A stretch of DNA of 64,000 nt from the NCBI GenBank assembly GCA_965603825.1, contig CBFDEM010000062.1, positions 823,333-887,332 on the forward strand, written 5' to 3'. Made by a program: the position numbers and the translations under genes. The first letter of the stretch is position 1; each line of letters starts with the position of its first letter. Source of the DNA: Blepharisma stoltei ATCC 30299. Its lineage: Eukaryota > Protista > Ciliophora. Shown here piece by piece: positions 26,501-37,206 of the stretch. The notes below the pieces were generated by a model. That model had not been told where the DNA came from and ran no database searches. It saw only the letters and a list, made by a program, of their open reading frames with translations.

Positions 26501-28203
26501 TCTTGGTAGTATTTTTCTAGTATTAATTTCAATATACAGAATAATACAGTCATTTGGTCATAAGAATCTTGCTTCGAGCTTAAACTGATGACAATGCTGA
26601 GGATTTGTTCAATAATCCCATTTTTTATGCCGATTTCCATGAATTTTTCTTTCCCTTTTTCTAAAAATTGCCCTTGGATCCAGCTATTCATATGAATAAT
26701 ATACTCTACATCGTCTTGATTTTGCCTCATGTGGCTTACAATAGACTGAGAAATCCATTCTAAGTTCATTGGGTTCCCAATCAAGTCATTCCACAGCCCA
26801 TTTCAGCTTTGAGAAGCAGCTTCACTTAGCTTAATAGTATCATCATTAATTGGGTATTCAATCTGGAAAAAAGGTTTTGAAAAAATCAAGCTGACAAGCC
26901 CAAAATCTTTAATTAGCAATAATTTTGACTGAAACTTGCTGATGCCTAAATTTTCTAGGTATTTTTTTAAAAACTGGAGGGTATAAGTTTGTAGCTGAGG
27001 AGGGTGATTTTTCATTTCGATCGCAATGTCCTATATAAGCCTTACTGTTTGCCAGTACAGAGAAAATAAAACTATAGGGAGACCTTCTAAGCAGCTACTT
27101 ATTATGCTATTCGATGTTATTTCTGAAGAATCTATTGAATTTCTGATAAGCTCAAATAAAGATCTGTATAATGATCCTAAATAGCCTTTTTCATTTTCAA
27201 ATGACTGGGAATTAGCTGAAAAAAAGTTTTTCATATAATTTAAAACAAAATAAAAGAAGGTCTCTTTAAGCTTTTCTTCATTCTCAATCACTATTTTCCC
27301 ATGGTCTATTTTAGAAATATGTGAGCAAGCTGATAAAATTTCTATAGAAAATAAAGCTTTCTGTAGAGCCAGCTCTGATGATAAAGAATTTTTGCATTTT
27401 TTAAAGTCATCTATATGCAAAATATAATTAAATAAAATTGGCACCAGGGTGCTAAATTCATCCACTGCAAAAAACGGCGCATTTATTTCATAATAACTGC
27501 TTATCGTAAAAAGCACAAATGTCAATAAATCTAAATGATAAGAGAAACATTTATCCTTCATAATTTTCCTTGTAGTTTTATCAATCTCATATGGAAAAAG
27601 CCCTAAAGTCCTCAATTTTTGACTAGCTATAAAATCACTCAGCAATAGAAAAAAGAAATTAAACGTCGAGTGCAGCTGCGTACTCGTCTTTTTTCAATAA
27701 CTTTTGGCAATACATAATATTTCAATTTGCAGTTTAATTATATTTATCAGCTCATTGATAGATTCTGGCTCGAGATCCTCCCAAAATAAGTTCTTGATTT
27801 TTTTACAAAAATCAATTATCAATGACGCTTCTCTTTTCTTTAGCTTAATCTCTTTTTTGAATACCAAAAATTTCAGTAATTGAAAAAGAGGAATCAATTG
27901 ATCAGAAAGCTCAGTCAAAATATTGGCAGAATCAGCCTTTGTGAAGGACTCTGCTTGAGCAAGCATTGTGTCTGATATTATTGAAAGCGTAGAAATCAGC
28001 TGCTGCACCAGCTTGGGAGGAACTTTTGCCTTTTTATTATTCAACTGATTGATTTCTGAGGTACAAATTTTCACAAAATCTGACCAAGTCATTACTGATT
28101 GGTTTGGGTCAGAACTTAAGGCTTGTCATGCTTTTGTTGACTCGACAAGCCCATCGAACTTTACAGATTCAGGTCCTATATAAGAAAATCTCCTGTTAGC
28201 CAT
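20566..28203 (-). CDS. BEACH-domain protein (neurobeachin/LYST-like: ConA-like region, PH, BEACH, WD40), ~2540 aa
   Basis: About 14 in-frame TGA codons plus one intron (27031-27045) join the fragments. Motifs: [13 protein letters not shown] (PH), [55 protein letters not shown] and FGQTPVQLF, followed by WD40 repeats. Confidence 0.92.
27031..27045 (-). other. 15-nt intron GTAAGGCTTATATAG
   Basis: Removes the TAG ending ORF 27031..27645 and continues in frame into 26803..27015. Confidence 0.88.
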
Positions 28204-28312
28204 TTATTAAACACAAACTGCAAACTTCCTATAATATCTCTGCTATAGAAACAAAAATTAAGAAAATTTCATTATATTTGATTTAAATTTTCCATTTTTC
28301 AACAAAAATTAG

Positions 28313-28855
28313 TTAGTTAGTAATGTTCAAATATTTCAGCTCACCAGCTGTCGCTTTATTTGATAGTAGAAATCTTTGGATACTTAAATCAATTTCTCGG
28401 ACTTTATCATAATCGAGGGTTGCTAGAAGTTTTATCATAAAATTCACGTCTTTGCATTGGTTTGGTAAAAATACAGAAATTGCTTCACTGGCGATGCACA
28501 TTTTATAGAGACTGGGAGGGGACAGAGGGTCTTGTTTGTAAAAGGTTTTGGGGAAATAGTAATCTTTGGCGTCGAGAAGTCTTAAGGCTCGTTTTTCTCC
28601 AGTAAAAAGCTGACGTAAATAGTCTTGGTTGACGTTGTTGATTTCGGGGAGAAGCCTTTGGTTTATATGATTGAAAAATTGGTAATAGTCTTCTTTGGTG
28701 TGCAAGCGGAGACTTATATCTTTGTAGGAAACGTCAATTGGCTGGTTTTCGGAGTGATAAGGGTCAAGAGTTTCTGGCTGTGGAGCTGAATCTTCGTATT
28801 CTCCAGATTGAGGGTCAGCATTTGGAGCTTCGGGTGCTTGGAATTCTTCTGTCAT
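28313..28855 (-). CDS. Hypothetical protein, 180 aa
   Basis: Intact ATG-TAA ORF with coding-like composition and an acidic, Pro-rich N-terminus. No family was confidently recognised. Confidence 0.65.
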   Translation of the reverse strand: MTEEFQAPEAPNADPQSGEYEDSAPQPETLDPYHSENQPIDVSYKDISLRLHTKEDYYQFFNHINQRLLPEINNVNQDYLRQLFTGEKRALRLLDAKDYYFPKTFYKQDPLSPPSLYKMCIASEAISVFLPNQCKDVNFMIKLLATLDYDKVREIDLSIQRFLLSNKATAGELKYLNITN

Positions 28856-29284
28856 TTTATTATATAAGGGGGATCTGAAAAATATGATTTTTATGGAATT
28901 TTTTAATAAATTTTAGTTTTTATGCAATTTAAAATATTAATAAATGGCCTATAAGCTACTGATAATTCATCATATTTTTAATTTTTATTTATGACTTTTG
29001 ATGACAAGTTAAGTGCAGACGCTGTAATGTGCACCATACAACTTGTCAAGTATAAATAGGAACAGAAAAACCATAAAATTTCTCTTTTCGGCAGGTATCT
29101 CCAAACTATAGACAAAGATCCCACAATCAACACCTATAGGTGCAAAGTGTCATGTCTCACTTATTTATTATGTCAATTATTTTATAAAAATACCATAAAT
29201 CTTGGCCCTATTTATCCAGAGTCAGCTTATCTGCAAAACAACAAATTTGTTAATAATACATTTTTTATAGAATTAATGTTAGGC

Positions 29285-30988
29285 TTAAGGGATCTTCATT
29301 TTAATCATAACATGCCAAATCTTATGACCCAATTTTTTTAGACAGTCTGTAGTCAATGTTTCACCATCAAGAAACTGATTTTGACATCCTTCACATAAAT
29401 CGAAATCAATGCAATGGGCACATTTGTAGCGATTTCCAGTAACTTTTCCATCACAATGCCCAAAATCAGAGTTGTCACATGTACAAGTATGATTTTTATC
29501 TTCTTGGTCAGACGAATACTCTATATTTTCATAATTAGAAGCCCCGAACTTTAGCTTATTTAACTGTCTTGCATTTGGAGAGATCAAAAATGTAGAATGC
29601 GAGTGGGCAAATTTTCCTGATCCTTTTGCATTGTGTTTAATATTTTTTTCGCAATTATCACAGTGGTAATGGTTTGGTTCGCAATATAAACACAAATATT
29701 GGGTATCATTGTCAGTAAATTTTAAGTTACAAATATTGCATTTTAAGCCTTTTTTAATTGAAAATCCTGGAAATTGATCCTTAAATATTTTATTTGCATC
29801 AGAAAAAGTTTTCTTGAAATTTATAGCCGCTTTTCCATCAATTTTAAAAGCAGAAATAAATCATCTGATAGCTACTTCTTTTTTATCTAGTTCATAAAGA
29901 ATTTGGCCCTTTAAAACTAAGAGATTCACTTCATTAGGATATGTAGCTATGCCTTCATTAACGATGGATAAAGCTTCAATTTTCTTTCCAATTAGATTTA
30001 GAATGTACCCTCTCCAGGAAAATCTATTAGTTGGAGATGCCTTAGTTTTTATGGCTTCACTATAAGCATCAAATGCCTCCTCATTTCTACCTAAACCAAT
30101 CAATGCAATTACTTTAAGCGAGTGTAAAAATCCATCTTTTGGCTTTATTTTAATATATTCATTGCATAAATCCAAGGCTTTGCCGTTTTGTCCTTCGCTT
30201 AAAAATTTATCGATTATTTTATAGCATTCATCATCAGTTTTTCTGTCAAAACCTTGCCTATTTTCTTCAGCTTCTTAAGACTTAACTATCCATTCTTGGC
30301 ACAATTTTATGATGTCAGATTTGCAAATTTTAAAAAAAAATTCTGAATCTGGGTTCTGGAGCAGAACTTGCTTAGCAAATTCGTCATAGTAGTTAGGATC
30401 TTTTCCAATTTGCAAAATAGTTGCTATGTTTGCTTCATCACTTGCCATCATGCTAAACCAATTATCAGCAACTTGTTTTATCGTAAGATCACTGCCTGGA
30501 AATAATGGGTCTCTTGATTGGTTTAGGTCTCCTTTCTCAATTTCAGCAATTTTTAATTCTTGATTGCCCTCACTTGAAGCTATCTCTGAGGGGGATTTAT
30601 TATAATTTTGATCAGCTTCTATCTTTTCTGATTCTTGGTGGTCTTCCTCTTTTGATGTAGCAGATTTTTCTATTATCATAAAAGGGCTTATATAGCTATT
30701 CGCTGGATTTGAAGATTCTGTTTTTTCAGCTTGAGGAATAGAACTTTTGACTACCTTTGGGGCAGAAATGATAGAATCGGCTTTATTTGTTTTATATTTG
30801 CTGAATAGTAAAAATAATTTTGGATCTGTTGATGCATTAATTTTATTGAATTCTTGATCTGGTTTAATTTTTTTCCCTTTAGATATTATGTCGAAATTTT
30901 GCTTAAAAGCACCAAGAATAGCTTGTTTTATCTCCTCACTGTTGGAATTTTCGTTTATATAAATGTAAAACGTCACATTTACCCTCAT
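29285..30988 (-). pseudogene. UBL-like/STI1-like + TPR + two ZZ-type zinc-finger gene interrupted by one in-frame TAA (30275-30277)
   Basis: ORFs 30275..30988, 29861..30175 and 29285..29695 are in one frame. The junction at 29861 is TGA but the junction at 30275 is TAA, and the TPR segment has no ATG of its own. ZZ motif: CDGKVTGNRYKCAHCIDFDLCEGC. TPR-like: ALIGLGRNEEAFDAYSEAI. Confidence 0.6.
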
Positions 30989-31139
30989 TATCAGTATAAT
31001 TTTTTGATAATTATATAGATGTAGTGCATTATAATTTGATTTAGACCAAAATAGATATTTAGAGTTTAATCGGCATTTTATAAGGCTGCTTCTTGATAAA
31101 TACTCATTAAATATTTTCTAGAATCCAGCATAAAGAAAC

Positions 31140-31388
31140 TTATATTATGGAATTATCAAAACAATAATATATAGAGGAGTTTATATAAAGGCAACACAGA
31201 CAAAAAACCGAAGATAGTTTAATGATCCTAAAAAGCTCATTAAAGTTTGTGTTTTTGTAATTAATTATAAAGCTTTCCTTGAAATATGACTTCAAAATCT
31301 TTTTTTGAGCACAAATAATAGGCTGCTTTAATTCGCTACTAGCGGAATTTTCGTTTATATAAACATAAAAAGGTAAAATTATTCTCAT
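31140..31388 (-). pseudogene. Degenerate 5' fragment paralogous to the start of the 29285..30988 gene
   Basis: MRIILPFYVYINENSASSELKQPII aligns with MRVNVTFYIYINENSNSEEIKQAIL, and both share the nucleotide block ggaattttcgtttatataaa. Similarity is lost after ~40 codons. Confidence 0.65.
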
Positions 31389-31637
31389 TTTTACTTATAT
31401 AAAAATAAGCAAATTTTTAACTATCATGCTATATGCTTCATTATCTTTCTCTATTTAATAATATTAAAGAATTAGCCTTCTTAACGATAAAGAAACTTAT
31501 ACTGTCACTAAAGCACTAATTTAACTTATTTTAATTTTCAGCCTTCTAGACTTGTCCTTTAGATTTCCATTTTAAATCAAAAATCACCCTAAATTTTAGC
31601 AATAAAATCAAGAAATCCTACCAATCTAATAATAAAG

Positions 31638-32969
31638 ATGATTAATCAAGCTGAAATCTGTCTAAATAAAATTGGTTGGGGAAAATACCAAAGAAAAGTC
31701 TTCCTATGCTGCAGCGAATCGGAAGCTATGTTCATTGGGGTAGCTATGCTACTCCCAGTCATAGCTCTCCAGTTCAACGACTACAGCTATACTTTTAAAG
31801 GGCTTCTTGGGTTTTTGGTTCATTTCTGTGCCCTTATTGCGTCAAACTATTTTGGGAAAAATATCGCAACAGTAAGTCATGTCTCAGTTTTTAAGAACTG
31901 GGGAGGCTGGCTAATGGTCTTTGGACTGTTGAGCCTTGTAAGCTCCTCAAGTTATTTATATGTTTTACTGTCAATGATCCCAATTGGAGCTGCTGGAGGC
32001 GCTGATATGGCTATCAACTACTGTGTCTTATACGAAAGCATACCAATTCAAGATAGAAAATGCTTTAATTGGGTTCCTTTTGGCATAAACATACTTGTGA
32101 CTGCTATATATGTGGCAGTTTTGGGACTCGAAATATATGGATTAGTCCAAAATTGGAAAATCATTGTTTTGGCACTATTGCTGATACATATAGGTTTTTC
32201 TTTAGTAAGACTTAGCTTGGTAGAAGGGCCGCTTTATTTGTACCTACAAGGGAAAAAAGAAGAGTTTAAAAAGTCAATCAAAACTGTAACTTATAAATAG
32301 ATTGTAATTGAAAATGGGCTCAAAGACACTAATATCGAAGAATCAGTCGCATTTGAAAATAAACAAATAGATTGGTGCGATACATTTGGAGAACTCTTTA
32401 AGGACCCTTTATCGTCCTCTACTTTTAAACTAATGCAAATGTTCTTCTGCGCCTTTTTTGCTATAGAAGGCTTAGTCATGTTTATGCCAAGTCTTATTAT
32501 ATCAAGCAGTAAAACAGAAATTTTCACTTGTTTAGCGGTCATTGAAATTTGTGGGCTGCTTTTAAAGGTTTTAACTGAAGTTTTTACTTTTAGCAAAACA
32601 TTTAGAAAAGCATTGGTAATTTTAAGCTATTTCTCAATGGGTTTGGTAATCCTAAGCTTTGCTTATGCAAAGGAATTTAATTCCAATTTGTGTAGCAGCG
32701 TGCTTTATGGGATTGCATCAAGTATTGGGATACATGGACTTTATTCTTTAGTCCAAGACCAATTTCCCCTAAAAAATAGTGGGCCTGCGTTCAGTGTGAT
32801 GGGGTCGATGGGGACTGCTGGGAATATGATCGGATCGTTGACTTCAGGAATTGCTTTGGATTATTTGGGTGGGCTTTATGTAATTATTGGAAATTCAATA
32901 TTATTGGGGATGACGGGGCTAATTGGGCTAACCTTAAAAGCAATACCTAATGAAAAGAAGACTAATTAG
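31638..32969 (+). CDS. MFS transporter (SV2/SVOP-like start), copy 1, one 15-nt intron
   Basis: IGWGKYQ N-terminal motif and ~12 hydrophobic segments. Intron 32286-32300 joins the two halves in frame. Confidence 0.8.
32286..32300 (+). other. 15-nt intron GTAACTTATAAATAG
   Basis: Removes an in-frame TAG, giving IKT|IVIENG. Confidence 0.88.
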
Positions 32970-33154
32970 TATTAATTAAACAATAATTTAGTCTTTTATT
33001 GAGAAATCTCTGTAATAAATACAATTGACTATTTATTAATTAGTAGAAGCCTATTTTATAAATTAAAACACAATTTCAATATATTTTTTGGTTTATTTAA
33101 TAATAGCAATGGAAATTTATCTAATTTAAAACAAAATGATAATAAATTCGAAAA

Positions 33155-34490
33155 ATGGAAAACACAGCTGGAAATTATCTGACAAAAATAGGCTGGGGAA
33201 ATTATCAAAGAAAAGCACTCCTTTGTGCATTAGAATCTGAAGCACTGATTATCGGAATATTAATGCTATTACCAACTATAGATATTAATTTTAAAGCATT
33301 ATTAAACACAGAAAAATCTATTTCAGCATGTATAATGAGCTTAAGTGCTATATTGACATCAAGCTATTTTGTAAGGAACCTTCAGAAAATAAGCCATATT
33401 GATATTTATAAAAATTTCGGGTATCTACTATTATTCGGATTGATAATCCTCTTATTTGCCTCATCAATTTTAGAAATTTACATATCAATGATTGTAATAG
33501 GAATCGGACTAGGAGGCGATTTTACGTTTAATTTTCACATTCTTTGTGACAGTTCTCCAATAATAGGAAGATCCCATTACAAATGAATATCCGTTGGAAT
33601 TGATTTTATTAATATTTTTATTTACAGTGGGGTATTTGTTTTAGCATACTACAAAATTGATATTTTTCCTTATTGAAAAGTCATAGTGTTTTTCTTAATA
33701 ATCATTCACTGCATTTTTATGTATCTTCGGTCCTCATTAGTTGACGGGCCTTTATTGCTGTATCGTCAAGGCAAAAATGAAGAGCTTAAAAATGCTTTAA
33801 AAACAGTAAAAAATATATTAGATTGCTGTAGAAAATGAAATAAAAGACTTTAATGTCGATTTAAATGAATTCGAAAACCACTCAGCTCCAATTCAATGCA
33901 GCTTAGGAGACTTTTTTATGCCACCTTTATCGTCAGCGACTTTTAAACTGTCAATAGTGACTGTTTTAACCTTCTCAAGCTTTATAGGCTTTGGACTATT
34001 TATTCCTGAGTTAATATTAGCCCCAAGCCATTCTCAAAAAATTGGGATTTTGGCTGTTATGAGATTTTACAGCCTAATGGGGAAATTTCTATCTTCCATG
34101 GGAATTGGTAGCGAATTTAATAGGAAAGTTTCGTTTCTTATATCAAGTTTCGCCGTTGGAGCTTGTGTTTTAAACTTCTCTAATTCGACTGAATTTTATC
34201 ACTATATAAGATACAGCGTGATTTATGGAGCTTCTTCAAGCATCTCAACCGTAGCTCTTTATTCTTTAATCCAAGATAATTATTTGCCTGAATACTGAGG
34301 ACTGGCTTTTATGCTGAAGAATTGTATGGAATCTATTGGAAGTATTTTTGGTACAATTCTATTTGGGACCGTTTTTAGTTCCGTTGGATCTGCATCTGCT
34401 CTTATTTGGATTGGTTCGGCTTCTATTTTGGCAGGACTGATAGGACTAAGCTTTGAAATAAAATCAAGCAATGAAAATAAAAGCAACTAA
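33155..34490 (+). CDS. MFS transporter, tandem paralog copy 2, one 16-nt intron
   Basis: IGWGNYQ start with three TGA=Trp codons. Intron 33806-33821 restores the frame (LKT|IAVENE). TAA at 34488-34490. Confidence 0.8.
33806..33821 (+). other. 16-nt intron GTAAAAAATATATTAG
   Basis: Same position as the intron in MFS copy 1, and needed to restore the reading frame. Confidence 0.85.
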
Positions 34491-34550
34491 ATTATTTTAT
34501 AAAATTTTGATTTTCTAAGAATTTTATTACATTTTTACAATAATTAGTCA

Positions 34551-35957
34551 TTAGCAAAATGCATTAAACCCATACTTCATGCTCCCATTTTCTATTTGGT
34601 CTACAGTATTAAGTATCCCATACAAAGGAATCCCGATCAAGCTTATAACCATAGTAATCGCCAAAAGCAAAACAATAAAAGACACTCTTTTGTATTTCTG
34701 CACAGTTTTCAGGATCAAAAAAGTTCCTATTGATGACCCAGAAATGGCTGACACAAACATCCATATCCCATAAGAGTAATTAATTTGGCCTGATATGATA
34801 TATTGGAATATAGATACAAGTGATGTAAAGCATACAATAAAAGAGGAAGAGGCTGTAGAGACTTCTGGCCTAATTCCAAGATTCAATAGTATTGGGTTCA
34901 TTATAACCCCTCCTCCTAGTCCTAATAGGCTTGCTATCAGTCCTGAAACCATAGTAACAAAACTGACCAAAGTCGCATTCTTTTTGTTCCATTTGATATC
35001 ATTAGAGTCAAAATCATAATTTAATTCAATTTTTTTATGTACTTTTTTGATAGCAAAATATTCAGCAATTCCTCCTAAAAGTAATAAAAATATAGCAAAA
35101 ATTGCAATATAGATTCAATACCAATGGCTGCATTGGGAAAACCCTAAAATTGACTTAAATCCTTTTCCTCCTTTCATAAGAGAGCCTAAAATTGCACAAA
35201 TAAAGATAAAAATGATGGCCGCAAACTCTCGATATAAAATTATTTTTTCTTCTTGATGGTAAATTTTTTGTAGCTCAGGATTTATTTCGTTTACTAAAGA
35301 ATGCTGAGAACTTGGTGGTTTTGCCTCGCTGAGATCCTGATTATCACTATTTGCATTGCCTTCAGGGTAAAACTCCCTTGTTTGGATTTGGTTAGGCTTT
35401 GCTGGCAATGTTTTCCTTTGGAGCTTTTCTTTTTTATAAAGCCTGATGAATTTTTGTATAGAATTATAAGAGAGGAATACAAGAAGTACTGTGAGGAGAG
35501 ATAAAATAATATATGATGGAAATCCTTTGTTTAAGATTACACCAAATGTTCCACCAAGCAGCATAGGGGATATTATAAACATAATCATCTCATAGTTAAT
35601 TAGAGGACGGATTTTGGTTGGGTGTCTTGATGGGATCTGGATTAATACTGTGGTCAAGCTTCCTCCAAAAACTACTATTTGTGATAAAGGGACTGCTGAT
35701 TGTGTGTCAAATCCAAAAAATACTAAGCACATAAGGACATTCAGTGCACCGCCACCAACTCCTGATGCGTTTGATAATGCGCTGGCCAAAACAAGCAATA
35801 TGGTCCCACCAATTTCTATATCAGCGACTGGAAAAAGATCTTTGTGTGTGCATTTTTTGTCTTCACATTTATTAAGACCATGACAGTCGCTATCTTTTTG
35901 ACAAGATTCGCATCTGCATAAAATAATTAAAGAAAGTAAAATAATAGCAGTCTTCAT
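34551..35957 (-). CDS. Sulfite exporter TauE/SafE-family membrane protein, ~468 aa
   Basis: Motifs SNASGVGGG, HP..RPLINY, GLIASLLGLGGGVIMNPILL and PEVSTASS. TGA at 35115-35117 joins the ORFs. N-terminal signal peptide plus a small Cys cluster. Confidence 0.88.
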
Positions 35958-37206
35958 TCAGAAAATTATAAATGGAGTATGGCTATGCATGAAATCAGCA
36001 TTTTCTATTACTGATTTTCCATATTTAATTTTGCCATTTAAATATACTGGTTTTTAACTGGGAATTTTTTTTGAGACTTAAGAAATTCTATATCAGGCTG
36101 GTATAAATTTATTTATAAGAAGCATTTAAATTTAAATAAGTTTAAAGTTGGTAAATTCATTATATTTTTGCTAAAGACAAAAATTATTGCTTTAAATTAT
36201 AAATAGCGCAATCTTTTTGACTCAAATGCATTGAAAATCAGGAAATTAATATTTATTATGATGCTGCCGATGGCAAAATGGACTGCTCTGCTTTAGAAAT
36301 AAACAAATAATGCTAGATTTAGCAGCTCAGCTTTCTTATTATTCAATACCTAATAATATTAATTAAATAAAGAAAGAAAAGTTAGAAATTATAATTGCCT
36401 AATTTAGAATTTTAAAGAAAAACAAGCTGATTGTGGAAAAGAAGTGAGATATACCAGATATTTGCAGCAAGTCTTAATCACTCACTATGGGGAAAGGTGG
36501 AAATCTTTGAATTTTTAGTCTATCGATATTGAAAAAGAGCTTTAAATAATTATGCTTCATCCGAAAAATTATGAATTGGTATTTTCTCAAGTTATCTTAT
36601 ATATTATTTTACTGCTAATCAATATCAGCCCTTCTCTTGTTTGCTTTAAAAACTATTTTGAAAGAATTTTTCCAGCATTTAACCACACTCCGTCAACAAT
36701 TCCTCCAGCAACTCCACCAAAAATCCACAAAGAATTCCACCAATAACTCCCCCATCAACTCCACAAATAATCTATGCAGCCATTTCAGTAATTCAAAAAT
36801 CCCAGCAATCATTAACTCCAATACTTGCAGCATAAGTATTTTCCATAAAATAAATTATGTCTACTCCTATCCAGTGTAGTCTCTTACAGCTAGTTTTACC
36901 ACTTCACCTTTAATTTTCCATTTCACCCACCAAAATTAAAATCTGATCCCTTTTAATGGGCTCTTATGCATTTAAGTTCACCATATTACAGCACTTGGAC
37001 ATCCTTCTTCGTGATCTTCTACTTCATCTCCTAATTCTTCAAAGTCAGGCTGAAAGCTTGATCCATGCATCATCTACATAGCCTTATTGCTTTTTTTTTG
37101 CATTTCTCTGCTCTTCCGATGTTGGCTCATAAATTCATAACTATTTTACTATAAATAAATATTAAGTCGCTAATTATTAGTCTAAATTTCCTAAACTTTG
37201 CTTATC

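Noticed and set aside
28990-29280. Cys/His-containing snippets and ORF 29147..29341
   Set aside because: No continuous reading frame or recognisable domain.
30270-30286. 16-nt GT..AG (GTTAAGTCTTAAGAAG) as an intron removing the in-frame TAA
   Set aside because: It has a non-GTAA start and an AAG end, and its removal would shift the frame away from the TPR/ZZ coding sequence.
36550-37140. Possible small minus-strand gene with a glycine-zipper-like stretch (GVDGGVIGGILCG...GGVAGGIV)
   Set aside because: TAA/TAG stops occur in the frames tried and no canonical tiny intron repairs them. At most it is an unidentifiable remnant.
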